Assembly (NCBI GenBank): GCA_963762255.1
Contig: CAVXKA010000002.1
Span: 576,001 to 640,000 of the forward strand
Source of the DNA: Candidatus Eiseniibacteriota bacterium
Lineage (GTDB): Bacteria; Eisenbacteria; RBG-16-71-46; JABDJR01
Length of the DNA stretch: 64,000 nucleotides
Reading direction: 5' to 3'
Below the pieces are notes generated by a model that ran no database searches, was not told the DNA's origin, and saw only the letters and a list, made by a program, of their open reading frames with translations. Below, piece by piece: positions 1-11,834 of this stretch; positions within the stretch are counted from its first letter, which is position 1, and each line of letters begins with the position of its first letter. The position numbers were made by a program, and so were the translations under genes.

Positions 1-27
1 CGCCGGCACGGAATAGGGCCCCTGGAG

Positions 28-2094
28 TTATCGGAGGGGAGCGCCCACGACCTGAGTCACCGCGGCGAGGTCCTCGACCCGGGTGACCGGCCGCGCACAG
101 GAACGCTCGCGGCAGACATGCGCAGCCGCGCCCTCGGCGGGGGCCTCCATCGCCGCCGCGTAGGGCAGGAGCGCGGCGAGGGGATCCGGATCGGGGCGGC
201 GCCAGGCGAAGACGGTGCGGGGCAGATGGCTCGTCTGGAGGAAGCGAAGCATGGCCGTCGCGGTCTCGTCCCCCTCCCGTCCGGCGACCACTACTTCCGT
301 GGTTGGCCCCAGCGCGAAGTCGAGCGCGCAGAGCGCTTCCGTGTAGGCCGTCGGGTACGCGTCGATCGTCCCGCCGAAGCTCTCCAGCGCCCGCTCCCCC
401 GCCCGCGTGAACGTCGCATCGCCGGTCAGCGCGCCGAGTCTGAGGAGAAGCCCGATCGCGACCGAGTTTCCCGAGGGCGCCGCGCCGTCGTAAAGCTGCT
501 TCTCGCGGGTCATGAGCGCTTCATGGTGCGCGGCGGTGAAGTGAAACCCGCCACCGGCGGCATCCTCGAAGAGCCGCATCAGGTCGCGAGCCAGGTAACA
601 GGCGGTGCCCAGCCGCGCGGGGTCGAGGGTCGCCTCGTAGAGATCGAAGAGACCCGCCGCCATGAACGCGTAATCGTCGAGGAACGCCGGGATATCGGAG
701 GAGCCGTCGCGGTAGCGGTGGAGCAGCCCTCGCTGGTCGGCCATCGTCCCCAGCACGAAATCCGCCGCCGCTTGCGCCGCGCGCAGGTATTCCCCTTCGC
801 CGAGCACGCGCGCGCCCAGGGCGAGCGCCGAGATCATGAGTCCGTTCCAGTCGGCCAGCACCTTGTCGTCGCGGTGCGGGCGCACCCGCTTCTCCCGCGC
901 CGCGAACAGCGTGCTGCGTGCTTCGGCAAGGCGGGCCCGCGCGACGCTCTCCTCGATTCCAAACGACGCGGCGAGGGACGCGTCGTCGGCCACGCGGGAG
1001 AGGACCGTCCTCCCTCCCTCGAAGTTGCCGCGGAGCGTGACCCCGTAGGCGGCGGCGAAGAGCGGGTACGCCTCGGCGCCCAGAAGCTCCTGCACCTCGT
1101 CGGGGAGCCAGACGTAGAACTTCCCCTCCTCCCCCTCGCTGTCCGCATCCTCGGCGGAGAGGAACGCCCCTTCGGGCCCGCGCAGATCGCGCAGCACGTA
1201 GGCAAAGATGTCGCGCGCGACGTCGGCGTGACGCTCGCGGCGCGTGACCTGATACGCCTCCAGATAGGCGCGGGCCAGGAGCGCCTGGTCGTAGAGCATC
1301 TTCTCGAAATGCGGCACGAGCCACCGCGCGTCGGTGGAGTAGCGCGCGAATCCCCCGCCGAGGTGATCGTGAATGCCCCCCGCCGCCATCGCGTCGAGCT
1401 GGTGCTCGACCAGGCGGAGCGGCTCCGTGCCGTGCACGCGATCGTTCAGGCGCAGCAGGAAGGAGAGCGCGTGCGGACGCGGGAACTTCGGCGCGCCGCC
1501 GAAACCGCCGTTCGCTTCATCGTAGTCGGCGCGCAACATCTGCCAACCCTTGTGAAGGGTGCTCGGCCCCAGCTTGGCCGGGTTCGCCGGAACGTGGCTT
1601 CGCACGAACTCAGCCACCGTTTGTGCTGAGTACTCGACCTGCTCGCGCGACGTGCTCCAGGCCTCGTGAAGCTGCAAGAGGATCGAGTGCAGCCCGGGCC
1701 GACCGAGACGCTCCCTGGGCGGGAAGTAGGTTCCGCCGAAGAAGGGTTTCAACTCCGGGGTGAGGACCACGGTGAGCGGCCAGCCGCCGCTCCCCGCCAG
1801 CCCCTGCACCGCGGTCATGTACTGCCCGTCCACGTCGGGGCGCTCCTCGCGGTCCACCTTCACCGGCACGAACCGTTCGTTCAGGATCGCGGCGATCTCC
1901 GCGTTCTCGAACGACTCTCGCTCCATGACGTGGCACCAGTGGCAGGTGCTGTAGCCGATGGACAGGAAGATCGGCTTGTCCTCGGTGCGCGCCTTGGTGA
2001 AGGCCTCGTCCCCCCAGGGGTACCAGTCCACGGGATTGTGGGCGTGCTGCAGCAGGTACGGGCTCTTCTCGCCGGCCAGGCGGTTCGCGGACAT
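28..2094 (-). CDS. Thioredoxin domain-containing protein, YyaL/DUF255 (SPATA20-like) family
   Basis: Diagnostic N-terminus [34 protein letters not shown], and [21 protein letters not shown]. Start trimmed to ATG 2094, which has GGAGGAG upstream. Confidence 0.93.
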   Translation of the reverse strand: MSANRLAGEKSPYLLQHAHNPVDWYPWGDEAFTKARTEDKPIFLSIGYSTCHWCHVMERESFENAEIAAILNERFVPVKVDREERPDVDGQYMTAVQGLAGSGGWPLTVVLTPELKPFFGGTYFPPRERLGRPGLHSILLQLHEAWSTSREQVEYSAQTVAEFVRSHVPANPAKLGPSTLHKGWQMLRADYDEANGGFGGAPKFPRPHALSFLLRLNDRVHGTEPLRLVEHQLDAMAAGGIHDHLGGGFARYSTDARWLVPHFEKMLYDQALLARAYLEAYQVTRRERHADVARDIFAYVLRDLRGPEGAFLSAEDADSEGEEGKFYVWLPDEVQELLGAEAYPLFAAAYGVTLRGNFEGGRTVLSRVADDASLAASFGIEESVARARLAEARSTLFAAREKRVRPHRDDKVLADWNGLMISALALGARVLGEGEYLRAAQAAADFVLGTMADQRGLLHRYRDGSSDIPAFLDDYAFMAAGLFDLYEATLDPARLGTACYLARDLMRLFEDAAGGGFHFTAAHHEALMTREKQLYDGAAPSGNSVAIGLLLRLGALTGDATFTRAGERALESFGGTIDAYPTAYTEALCALDFALGPTTEVVVAGREGDETATAMLRFLQTSHLPRTVFAWRRPDPDPLAALLPYAAAMEAPAEGAAAHVCRERSCARPVTRVEDLAAVTQVVGAPLR

Positions 2095-2223
2095 CGGGAC
2101 TCCTCCGGGCGCTTCGCGCCCGCGCGGCCCGCCAGGCGGTCGTGCCCGGGGCCGCGAACGGGTGAGCCTACTCCATCCCCGGGGCGGACGCGAACGCGCG
2201 ACTTCGGGTAACCTCTCCGGGCC

Positions 2224-2979
2224 ATGAACCCCGATCTGATCCGACTCGTGCTCGTGCGCCCCGAAGAAGCCGGCAACATCGGCGCCGCGGCACGGGTGGC
2301 CAAGAACTTCGGTCTCTCTCATCTGGTGCTCGTCGCTCCGCGCACGCCGCGTCCCGAGGACGCCGTGAAGTGGGCTCACGGCGCCGAGGACGTGCTGGAA
2401 GGGGCCGATCACTGCGCGGACCTCGCCGAGGCTCTGCGGGGCTGCACCAGCGCGTACGCGCTGACTCGTCGCCGCGGCAGACTCCGAGGCCGGTTTCAGA
2501 GCCCGCACGATGCGGCGCAGGAGAGCGCCGCGCGGGCCCGGGCGGGGCAACCGGTGGCGTGGGTGTTCGGTCCGGAGTCCCGAGGCCTCACTACCGACGA
2601 GGCCTCGTTGTGTTCGGCGCGAGTCACCATCCCCACGTCACCGTTGCAGCCGTCGCTCAACCTCGCCCAGGCGGTCGCGGTGTGCGCGTATGAGATCGGG
2701 TCGGCGCTCCTCGCCGAGACCCCGGCCGCGCCCCGGCGCGAGGCGGCCTGGGAGGAGCGCGAGGCTCTCTACCGGCATCTGGAAGCCGCGCTCCTGGCCA
2801 TCCGGTTCCTGCACCCGCACACCGCGCGTGCCCGCATGGCCGCCTTGCGTGCGCTCATGGAGCGCGCGGGGCTCACGTCGCGCGAGGCGAGGCTGGTGCG
2901 TGGGATGGCACGACAGATGGAGTGGGCGGCGGGGGCGAAGGGCGAACCTGTGAAGAAGCGGGAGACGAGCGCGCGCTAG
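2224..2979 (+). CDS. trmJ: TrmJ/LasT-family SPOUT tRNA methyltransferase
   Basis: SPOUT motifs [32 protein letters not shown] and [10 protein letters not shown]. Confidence 0.85.
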   Translation: MNPDLIRLVLVRPEEAGNIGAAARVAKNFGLSHLVLVAPRTPRPEDAVKWAHGAEDVLEGADHCADLAEALRGCTSAYALTRRRGRLRGRFQSPHDAAQESAARARAGQPVAWVFGPESRGLTTDEASLCSARVTIPTSPLQPSLNLAQAVAVCAYEIGSALLAETPAAPRREAAWEEREALYRHLEAALLAIRFLHPHTARARMAALRALMERAGLTSREARLVRGMARQMEWAAGAKGEPVKKRETSAR

Positions 2980-2983
2980 CGGC

Positions 2984-3875
2984 TCAGGCCGCTCGGCGGG
3001 TCTCGTCCAGCGCGATCGGCACGGGGACCACGGACGGATGCGCTGCGCGCATGCGGCGACGCACGCGGCGCACGAGACGCAGGACACGCTCGCCGTCGCG
3101 GGCCTTGGCCGCCACGATGCCGGCATGTTCCGCGAGGATGCAGAGCACCCGCAGGTCGTCCTCGTTGTAGCGTACGCGCAGGCTGCGCGTACTCACGTTG
3201 AGGACCCCCACGACGCGGTTGCGCACGACGATCGGCGCGACCATCGCGTACTGGACCGGCCGCTTCTTGACCCGGAACCCCGGGAACTGCTTGATGTCGA
3301 TGTCCGGGCCGAGGATGAGTGGGATGCGGGTGAGCGCCACCTTGCCGGAGACGCTCTGGCCGATGGGAACGCGGGCGTTGCGAACGACCGAGGGCTCGCG
3401 ATGGCCGGCGAATGAGGTCACCACAAGATCGCCGGTGGGGCGATCGATCATCATCAGGCTCGCCTCATCCGACTCGAAGCAGTTGAGGCAGGAATCGACG
3501 ATGACCTGACCGAGGTCGGCGCTCGACGCTCCCGATCCGATCGCGCGGCTGACGTTGAGAAGCGAAACCAGGTGATCGATCGGGCGCGCACTCAACGACG
3601 GCGCGGCGTCGACTGCGGACTCGGGCCGTCGCTCCGGTGCGCGGTGGCGCGCGAGCAGAATCAGGGAGAGCGCGACCCCCGTGAGCAGCGAAGGCCATCA
3701 GCCCGCCCAGGAGATAGACGTTGGCGTGGGCCGGCCAGATGAGGAACAGGAGGCCGGTCATCGCACAGTAGATCGCCGCCACGCCGGCAAGGAGCGCCAG
3801 CGTGGGGTCTCCCGGGGACTTCATGCGATGCGGATCCCGGATCTCGGGGCCGATCCGCGTGGGCTCGTAGTTCAT
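2984..3875 (-). CDS. Membrane-anchored GAF-domain protein, apparently frameshifted near 3691
   Basis: GAF domain in 2984-3595 (AMVAPIVVRNRVVGVLNV, YNEDDLRVL..LAEHA). The hydrophobic 5' ORF from ATG 3875 joins the GAF frame (..GLMASLLTGVALSLILL..) if one base is removed at ~3691. Confidence 0.65.
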
Positions 3876-4061
3876 GGTGATGTGGTTAGGTATCGGCCGG
3901 TTGCGGTCGCAGTTGAGCGAGCTTCGCCCCGCGAGGGGTTATGCCACCGGGGCAAACCCTGTATCATCCCCCGGCCTCGCCCGCGGCCGTCCCCGAGGGG
4001 ACGCCCTTGGTCGCCCATCACGTTTGATTACGGGAGCTTACCGCCCTTGCCGTTGCGCGCC

Positions 4062-4823
4062 GTGGACACCCGCATCCGCCACTTTGTCGGCGAAGTCCAG
4101 GACTTCACGCGACTGCTCGGAGCGGGGTGGTCGGGCCTGCGCGACGCCTGGCACTACCGGCGGCAGATCGGGGAGGCGATGATCGCGTTCGGCGCGTCGG
4201 CCACCCCGCTCGTCTTGCTCTCCGCGCTCTTCATCGGGCTCGTACTCTCCCTCGAATGGGGCACCAAGCTGGAGCCGTTCGGGGCCAAGGCGCTCATGGG
4301 GCGCATCGTCTCCATCGGCGTCGTCCGCGAGATCGGTCCGGTGGTGACCGGGCTCATGGTGGCGGGTCGCACCGGGGCGAAGATGGCCGCGGAGATCGGC
4401 TCGATGCAGGTCACCGAGCAGCTCAGTGCACTCCGCGCGCTGGGCGTGGACCCGGTCAACCGCCTGGTCATGCCCCGTCAGGTGGCGAGCATGGTGACGA
4501 TGCTCCCCCTCACCGTCATGGCGGATGCGATCGCCATCCTGGGCGGGTGGTACGTGGCGACGACCTGGCTCAATACGCCGGGACAACTCTTCTGGTCGGA
4601 GGCGCTGGAGAGCCTCACGTTCAAGGACCTGGCGGTGGGCTTCTTCAAACCGGTCTTCTTCGGGTACATCATCGCCTCGATCAGCGCCTACTACGGGATG
4701 GCCACGCGCGGCGGATCGAGCGGCGTGGGCAAGAACGCCACCCGCGCGGTGATGCTGAGCTCCCTCGCCGTGCTCGTCGTCGACTTCATCCTCGGCAAGC
4801 TGATTCTTGCCATCTTCGGGTAA
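4062..4823 (+). CDS. mlaE: MlaE-family ABC transporter permease
   Basis: VVREIGPVVTGLMVAGRTGAKMAAEIGSMQVTEQLSALRALGVDP and GVGKNATRAV motifs. GTG start at 4062 is inferred. Confidence 0.9.
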   Translation: MDTRIRHFVGEVQDFTRLLGAGWSGLRDAWHYRRQIGEAMIAFGASATPLVLLSALFIGLVLSLEWGTKLEPFGAKALMGRIVSIGVVREIGPVVTGLMVAGRTGAKMAAEIGSMQVTEQLSALRALGVDPVNRLVMPRQVASMVTMLPLTVMADAIAILGGWYVATTWLNTPGQLFWSEALESLTFKDLAVGFFKPVFFGYIIASISAYYGMATRGGSSGVGKNATRAVMLSSLAVLVVDFILGKLILAIFG

Positions 4824-4828
4824 CCGCC

Positions 4829-5614
4829 ATGCACGATGAAGCCTGCAACAACGATCCGGAGCGACCGGGCGCACAGAGCCCGTACGCGCTGGAACTCGAG
4901 AACGTCACGCTCTCCTTCGACCGGAAGCCGGTGCTCAAGAACCTCACCCTGCGCGTGGCCCGCGGAGAGACACGCGTCATCCTGGGGCGAAGCGGCGCCG
5001 GCAAGAGCACGATCCTGAAGCTCGCTCTCGGGCTCCTGCGACCCAGCTCGGGCCGCGTGAAGGTCTTCGGTATCGATATCACCGGCAAGAAAGAGCGCGA
5101 GCTGACCGACATCCGCCACCGCATGGGGATGGTCTTCCAGGGAGGAGCGCTCTTCGATTCGTTGAGCGTCGCCGAGAACGTCGGGTTCTGCCTGCTCGAG
5201 CGCCATCACGTCCCCATGCAGAGGGCGGAGCCGATCATCCGGGAACGTCTTCATTACGTGGGGCTGGAGGAGGCCTTCCATCTCATGCCGTCGGAGCTCT
5301 CGGGAGGCATGATCAAGCGCGTGGCGGTGGCTCGCGCCACCGTGTGCCACCCGGAGCTGATGCTCTACGACGAGGCCACCGGGGGGCTCGACCCGATCTC
5401 CACCCGTCGCATGAACCGGCTCATCAACCGTCTGCGCGACGACTTGCACGTCACCTCGGTGGTCGTCACGCACATCCTTCGCGACGCCCGCACGGTGGCG
5501 GATACCATCACCATGATCCACGAGGGGCAGACCATCTTCGAGGGAACCTCCGCCCAGATCGTGGCGTCCACCGACCCCTTCGTGCGAGACTTCATCTCCG
5601 AGAGAGGGACCTGA
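4829..5614 (+). CDS. mlaF: MlaF-family ABC transporter ATP-binding protein
   Basis: Walker A GRSGAGKST, FQGGALFDSL, signature LSGGM, Walker B LYDE. Lies between mlaE and mlaD. Confidence 0.9.
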   Translation: MHDEACNNDPERPGAQSPYALELENVTLSFDRKPVLKNLTLRVARGETRVILGRSGAGKSTILKLALGLLRPSSGRVKVFGIDITGKKERELTDIRHRMGMVFQGGALFDSLSVAENVGFCLLERHHVPMQRAEPIIRERLHYVGLEEAFHLMPSELSGGMIKRVAVARATVCHPELMLYDEATGGLDPISTRRMNRLINRLRDDLHVTSVVVTHILRDARTVADTITMIHEGQTIFEGTSAQIVASTDPFVRDFISERGT

Positions 5615-5620
5615 TCCGTC

Positions 5621-6583
5621 ATGAATGACAGCTACGTCCAGCCCTGGCGCGATCTCCGGCTTGGCGTCTTTTTCATCGTCTCGACCGTGGTGCTGGTCGG
5701 ATTCCTCCTCGTGGTGGGAACCAACCGCCGCATCTTCGAGCGCGCGTACGAACTCCGGCTCTATCTCTCCAACGCGCAGGGCCTCTCCGAGGGCTCAATG
5801 GTCAGCCTCTCCGGCCTCGAGATCGGCCGCGTCACCGAACTCTCCTTCGTTCGGCAGGACACCGCGCAGGTGCTCCAGGTCGACATGACGCTCAGTCGCA
5901 AGTACCACGAGCAGATCACCAAGTCGTCGGTGGCCACCATCCGCACGCTGGGGGTGCTCGGCGACAAGTTCGTGGACATCAGCCTGGGGAACCCCTCCGA
6001 GCCGCCGCTTCCCGAAAAGAGCGCGCTCCCGGTGGCCGGCGAGATTGATTGGGCCGCCACCTTTCAACGCGCGATCAAGATGATGGATGACGTGCAGGTC
6101 TTTCTCCAGAACGCCGACGAAACCATGTCGGCGCTTAATCGCGGCGAGGGCACGCTTGGCATGCTCCTCAAGGATGAGGAGGCGGCCGATCGACTGCGCG
6201 AGACCGTGGCCAACCTCTCCGCCGTCACCAGCGAGCTACGCTCGGGCGACGGCACCGCGGCCCGGCTCCTCTCCGATCCCGCGACCTTCGACAAGCTCGA
6301 CGGCATCCTCACGCGCCTCGACAACCTCACCGCCGCGGCGGACACCGGCAACGGTGCGCTGGCCCGCCTCTTGAGCGACGAGGAACTCGGGGAGCGGCTG
6401 GGGAGCTTCATCGCCGGCTCGGACAGCCTGGTCGCGGCGGTGCGCACCGGCGGCACGACTGGGAAGCTCCTGGAGGACGAGCATCTCTATGAGGACATGA
6501 CTCGGGCGCTCGCCGAGTTGAAGGCGCTCCTCGAGGACATCCGCCTGAACCCGCGGCGCTATTTCAAGGTCTCGGTGTTCTAG
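5621..6583 (+). CDS. mlaD: MlaD/MCE-family protein with long helical extension
   Basis: N-terminal TM helix; MCE motifs GLSEGS-V-L-G-EIG-V and IRTLGVLGDKFVDIS; repeated G-G-L-L helical tail ending NPRRYFKVSVF. Confidence 0.88.
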   Translation: MNDSYVQPWRDLRLGVFFIVSTVVLVGFLLVVGTNRRIFERAYELRLYLSNAQGLSEGSMVSLSGLEIGRVTELSFVRQDTAQVLQVDMTLSRKYHEQITKSSVATIRTLGVLGDKFVDISLGNPSEPPLPEKSALPVAGEIDWAATFQRAIKMMDDVQVFLQNADETMSALNRGEGTLGMLLKDEEAADRLRETVANLSAVTSELRSGDGTAARLLSDPATFDKLDGILTRLDNLTAAADTGNGALARLLSDEELGERLGSFIAGSDSLVAAVRTGGTTGKLLEDEHLYEDMTRALAELKALLEDIRLNPRRYFKVSVF

Positions 6584-6768
6584 CCGGACCACGGGCGTGG
6601 CCGCCAGAGGCCCGTGTGTGCGCCGCTTCGCGCATTCGGTTCGGCTGATTTCAACCACACAGTAGTCGCGAGAGATCGAGCGCGCGTTCTCCTCAAGCCT
6701 AGCGAGGTTGCGCTCGATATATGGGCAGGAGCGGCAGCCGCTCCAGAACTCCAACGAGAGACGGCCCC

Positions 6769-7191
6769 ATGCCCATGGCCTCGCGACACCATCGACCGCA
6801 GACCGCCGCGCTCAACCTGAGCGGCGCCTGGACCCTCATCGGCCCCGGCAGCCTCGTGCGCGGCGAACTCCTCCTGACCGGCGACGTGCTCCTGCATGGT
6901 CGCCTGGAAGGCACCCTCTTCACCGACGGCGAAGTGCGGGTGACGGCGAGCGGTTCCGTGGACGGCGGCGTGCACGCGGTGAAGATCGTCGTGGAGGGAT
7001 CCTGCCGAGGCCGCCTCGAAGCGACTCAGGAAGTGATCCTGCGCCCGGGCTCGCTGGTGCAGGCCGATATCGACGCCGGGCTCCTCACCATCGACGACGG
7101 CGCGCGCTTCGCGGGCGACTTGAGCCTCGGCGAGGGGCGGCCCCAGCCCAGGGTCGTATCCGGCGCCCTCGACAGCCCCGGCCGCGCGTAG
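6769..7191 (+). CDS. Bactofilin (polymer-forming cytoskeletal protein)
   Basis: Beta-helix pattern TLIGPGSLVRGEL..GDVLLHGRLEG..V-G-V-A..IDDGARFAG. Start uncertain (6721/6769/6775). Confidence 0.85.
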   Translation: MPMASRHHRPQTAALNLSGAWTLIGPGSLVRGELLLTGDVLLHGRLEGTLFTDGEVRVTASGSVDGGVHAVKIVVEGSCRGRLEATQEVILRPGSLVQADIDAGLLTIDDGARFAGDLSLGEGRPQPRVVSGALDSPGRA

Positions 7192-7301
7192 AGACACGCA
7201 GCGCCCCCACCCCTCTCAACCCGCCCCGGCCCCACGGTGCGTGCCCCATTGGCCAATCTCTCCGGAAGCCTGTATCGTAGGTGGGCTCTCCGGAGGATTC
7301 G

Positions 7302-7646
7302 ATGGCGCTCAAACGCATTCCCATTCCAACCCGCATCGCGTTGGACGACGACGGCGCCCGAATCGTGCTGACCTGGGAAGATGGCACGGTCTCGGAATTC
7401 CGCGCGTTCGATCTGCGCGCCGGGTGCCCCTGTGCGGGATGCGTGGACGAGTTGACCGGCATCCGCACCCTGCGCGTCGAGAGCGTTGACCCCACGGTGA
7501 AGGCGGTGACCTCCGGACGAGTCGGGCGCTACGCGGTGGCGTTTCGATGGAGCGACGGCCACTCGAGCGGGATCTACACCTATGAGAGCCTTCGCGCCGG
7601 CCGTTTCGGGCCGGCCACGCAAGCGGATGAAGACCCACGCGCCTGA
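7302..7646 (+). CDS. DUF971 (gamma-butyrobetaine hydroxylase N-terminal-like) protein
   Basis: LRAGCPCAGC and VGRYAVAFRWSDGHSSGIYTYESLR motifs; GGAGG RBS before ATG 7302. Confidence 0.88.
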   Translation: MALKRIPIPTRIALDDDGARIVLTWEDGTVSEFRAFDLRAGCPCAGCVDELTGIRTLRVESVDPTVKAVTSGRVGRYAVAFRWSDGHSSGIYTYESLRAGRFGPATQADEDPRA

Positions 7647-7679
7647 TCGGGCGCGAACGAGCGAAAGGATCGCGGGACG

Positions 7680-8279
7680 ATGACGAAGGGAACGATCGTG
7701 GCGGCTGAGAAGACGACCGTGACGCAGGGTCCGCAGCATCCCACCTGGAACGGGGCGACGGCGGCGCGCAGCATCGAGGAATCGGTGCACCAGGGGCTTC
7801 TCAAGCCCTGCCGCGCGCTGGTGCTGGGAGCCGACATGATCGAGGAAGCGGCGGCGCTCTCCAAGCTCGGCTTCGAGGTTCTGGTGACGGACGCCTCCAG
7901 CGAGGCGCTCTCTCGCGCCAGCCACGCCGTGCATGCGCAAGGCGGGAAGATCGGAGCCGTTCACGCGGACTTCTTCAAGGTCCGCCAGTATTTCTACGGT
8001 TCGGTCGAACTCATCGTCGAGCGCACGATGCTGCCGGGTCTCCCTCCGATCCGTCGCGCCGACTGGTCCTACACGGTGAACCGCTGTCTTCCCAAGGACG
8101 GCCACCTCTTCGGCCTCTTCCGCGTGGGGCGCGGCGTCGAGGGACCTCCCTATTCGATGACCGGCGATGAGGTGAAGAAGATGCTGAGCCGGCTCGTCGA
8201 GCTCCAGACGTTTGCGCAGGTCGGCAACGCGGGGCCGGGCCGCGATCAGGCCTGGATGGGCATCTTCCGGAAGAAGTAG
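7680..8279 (+). CDS. Thiopurine S-methyltransferase-like class I SAM-fold protein, degenerate motif I
   Basis: ADFF, LIVERTML..LPP..R..W and GPPYS motifs typical of TPMT-like proteins. The glycine-rich motif reads ALVLGADM. Confidence 0.6.
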   Translation: MTKGTIVAAEKTTVTQGPQHPTWNGATAARSIEESVHQGLLKPCRALVLGADMIEEAAALSKLGFEVLVTDASSEALSRASHAVHAQGGKIGAVHADFFKVRQYFYGSVELIVERTMLPGLPPIRRADWSYTVNRCLPKDGHLFGLFRVGRGVEGPPYSMTGDEVKKMLSRLVELQTFAQVGNAGPGRDQAWMGIFRKK

Positions 8280-8292
8280 CGGCGCGGTCCCG

Positions 8293-11200
8293 CTACGCCT
8301 CCCCCATCGCCTCGCGCGCGGAGAAGTAGCGCGCGTCCGGGTGATGGAAGACGAGCGCGGAGACGCTCGCCTCCGGCTCCATCATGAACCCGTCGGTCAG
8401 CTCCACGCCGATGTGGCGATCCGGCTCGAGCAACCGCCACAGGGTCGCCTGGTCCTCCAGGTTGGGGCACGCCGGATAGCCGAAGGAAACCCGAATGCCC
8501 TGGTAACGACCCTGGAAGAGATCCTTGTTGCTGAGCCCCGCAGGGTCCGGAAAACCCCAGAGAGAGCGCAAGCGCTGATGCACCAACTCGGCCATGCCCT
8601 CCGCGCACTCGATGGCCAGCGCCTGGAGCGCGTACGACTTCAGGTATTCGCCGGCGTTCTTCCACGCCTCGGCCTGCTCGCGCACGCCCGCGCCGCTGGT
8701 GGTGACGAATGCGGCGAGGTAGTCCGCGCGCCCCGCCTCGCGCGGCGCGACCCAGTCCGCCAGACAGAGCCGATCGCGATCGCCCTGGCGCGGGAAGTCG
8801 AAGCGGGCGATCTCCACGCCGCCCGGAGCATCGGCCAGCACAACGGCGTTCCCTTCCGACCACGCGGCGAAGAATCGGTAGAGACCGCGCGGCTTCATGA
8901 TGTCGAGCCGGCTCGCCTCGTCCTTCAACTCCTCGACCGCCTTCTCGAGCTTCGCGGTCTTCACGTCCCCGCTCGCGCGGAGCCGCTCGATGGAGCCCCG
9001 CACTCCGAGGTGCTTGGCGTAGAGCATCTGCGGGTTCACGTACGGAAACACGTCGCTCAATCCAACGTCATCCACAACGTGTAGCTTCAGGTCCGGCGGC
9101 GCCGGCACGTTCGACCTCACGCCAGCCGGGCACGACGTCCGGCGCACCCGAAACAACCACCGGCGCCTCGGCAACCTCCACCACCCCTCGCAGCGCACGC
9201 GCGGCCAGGAGAGCCTCCCGCCGCGCCGGATCCATCAGGTGATTCGCCACATCGAGCCCGTCCATGGCGTCGCGGCAGTAGATGACCGGGCCGTCGTACT
9301 CGACCGCAATCCGGGTCGAGGTGAACTTGCGGGTGAGCGCCGCGCCTCCCACCAGGATCGGTGTGGAGATCCCGGCATCGCGCAGGTCCTGCGCCGTCAC
9401 CGTCATCTGCTGCGCCGACTTCACCAGCAGCCCGGAGAGCCCGATCATGTCCGGCCGGTGCTCCTCCACCGCCGCGATCAGGCTCGACGGCGGCACCTTG
9501 ATGCCCAGGTTGACGATGGTGTAGCCGTTGTTGCCGAGCACGATCTCGACCAGATTCTTGCCGATGTCGTGCACGTCCCCCTTCACGGTGGCGAGCAAGA
9601 GCTTGCCGCGACTGCGCGTGTCCGCCTTCTCCATGTGCGGCTCGAGGTGCGCGACCGCCGCCTTCATCGCCTCCGCACTCTGCAGCACCTCGGCCACGAT
9701 CAGCTCGTTGGCGTTGAAGAGCCGCCCTACTTCATCCATTCCTTTCATCAGCGGGCCGTTGACGATCTCTAGCGGCTTGTACTTCGCCAGCGCAAGATCC
9801 AGGTCGGCGAGCAGTCCATCGCGACTCCCCTGGATGATGTAGTCCGCAAGCCGCTCCTCCAACGACCGGCTCTCCGCCTTGACCGGCGTGCGTACCTTCT
9901 TCTGGTCACGGTAGAACGCGGCGAAGGCACCTATCGGATCGGCGCCGCGGTTGTACAGCAGATCCTCCGCAAGGCGTCGCTCTTCCTCGGGGATCAACGC
10001 GTAGCGCTCCAGCTTCTCGCTGTTGACGATGGCCAGGTCGAGGCCCGCCGCCACGCACTGGTGCAGAAACACCGAGTTCAGCACCTCGCGCCCGGCGGCC
10101 GGAAGCCCGAACGAGACGTTGCTGATGCCAAGCAGCGTCTTGGCGCGCGGGAAGCGCGCCTTGATGAGCCGCACCCCTTCGATCGTCTCCACCGCGCTCC
10201 CCACGTAGTTCGCATCGCCGGTAGCGCAGGGGAAGACCAGCGGGTCGAAGATGAGATCCTCTTCGTGCATCCCGTACTTGCCGGTCAACAATGCGTGCGC
10301 GCGCTCGGCAATCGCCAGCTTGCGCTCCCGCGTGACCGCCATGCCCTGCTGCGCATCCTCGTCGATGCAGCCGACGATGAGCGCCGCCCCAAATCTGCGC
10401 GCCAGCGGCACAACCTTCGCAAACCGCTCCTCCCCATCCTCCAGGTTCACCGAGTTGATGATCGACTTCCCCTGGCACTGGCGGAGCGCGCGATCGAGCA
10501 CGTGCGCGTCGGTCGAGTCGAGCATGAGCGGGACCTTCACCTTGCGCGTGAGCCGGTCTAAGAACCGCGTCATGTCCTCGAGTTCGTTGCGATCGGGATC
10601 GGCGAGGCACGCGTCCAGCACGTGCGCGCCCCCCTTTACCTGGCGGCGTCCGATCTCGGCCGCATCCTCGTAGGCCTCGGCCTGGATCAGCTCCTTGAAC
10701 TTGCGGCTGCCGATCACGTTCGTGCGCTCACCCACGATGATCGGGCGGTTCTCCTCCTCCAGCGACAGGAACTCGATCCCGGACACCCGCGAGAAGCGCT
10801 TCGACGCCGGCACCGGCACGCGAGGCGCTTTCCCTTCCATCGCGCGAACGAGAGCACGGATGTACTCGGGCGTCGTGCCGCAGCAGCCGCCCACGAAGTT
10901 GACCCACCCGTGATCGGCAAAGCGCGCGAGTACCTCGGCGATCCGCTCCGGCGATTCGTTGTAGCAGCCATTCTCGTCGGGAAGACCTGCGTTGGGCACC
11001 ACCGAGACGTAGCACTCGGCGATGGCGGCGAGCGAGCGGATGTGGTCGGTCATGAACGCGGGGCCGGTCGCGCAGTTCAATCCAATCGCGAACAGATCCA
11101 GGTGCTCGAGGCTCGTGTAGAGCGCGTCCACGCTCTGGCCGGCGAGCATGGTGCCCATCGGCTCGATGGTGCCCGAAACGGCCAGCGGCACGCGGCGTCC

Positions 11201-11785
11201 CGCGATCTCGTAGGCCTCGGTCACGCCCAAGGCGCCCGCCTTGACGTTTAGGGTGTCCTGGGCGGTCTCGAGGATCAGGAAGTCTGCACCCCCCTCCAGG
11301 AGCCCGACCGCCTGCTCGCGATAATGAGCGAGCATCTCGTCGAAGGTGGCGCCGCCGGTGACCGAGATCGTCTTCGTGGTCGGCCCCATGCTCCCGGCCA
11401 CGAAGCGCGGCTTCAACGCAGTGGAGTATTGCGCGGCCATGCGGCGCGCGATTCCCGCCGCCACGCGCGAGATCTCGCGCGCCCGTTCGCCCAGCCCGTA
11501 CTCGGCGAGCACGAGCGGCGTCGAGCCGAAGGTGTTGGTCTCGATGATGTCGGCGCCGGCCTCGAGAAAGCCGCGGTGCACCGTCTCCACCGCCTCCGGC
11601 TTCACCAGGTTCAGCATCTCGTTGCAGCCTTCGTACTCGGGGCCGCCGAAATCCTCCGCACTCAGGTTCATGCTCTGGAAAGAGGTGCCCGTCGCCCCGT
11701 CGAAGACGAGGATCCGCTCGCCGAGAAGCTTCCGCAGAAGCGCGAGGCGCTCCGCGTCCTCGCGGAGCCGGTCACGATGGGTCAA
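8293..11785 (-). CDS. metH: Cobalamin-dependent methionine synthase, split by a frameshift near 9129
   Basis: Hcy domain (DGATGT, GLNCATGP, GGCCGT), pterin domain (IVGERTNVIGSRKF) and B12 motif (GDVHDIGKNLV) lie in 9068-11785. The activation domain (RVSFGYPACP, M-PEASVSAL-FHHP-ARYF) lies in the 8293-9198 frame. Confidence 0.93.
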
Positions 11786-11834
11786 CGGGGTCTCCTTTGC
11801 CTGAATGCGCCGACGGTCCGATTGTGCTTGTCGG

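Noticed and set aside
9068-9198. Programmed ribosomal frameshift or natural split of metH
   Set aside because: No slippery heptamer is visible, the downstream frame has no convincing RBS/start, and the same one-base pattern recurs in three other genes.
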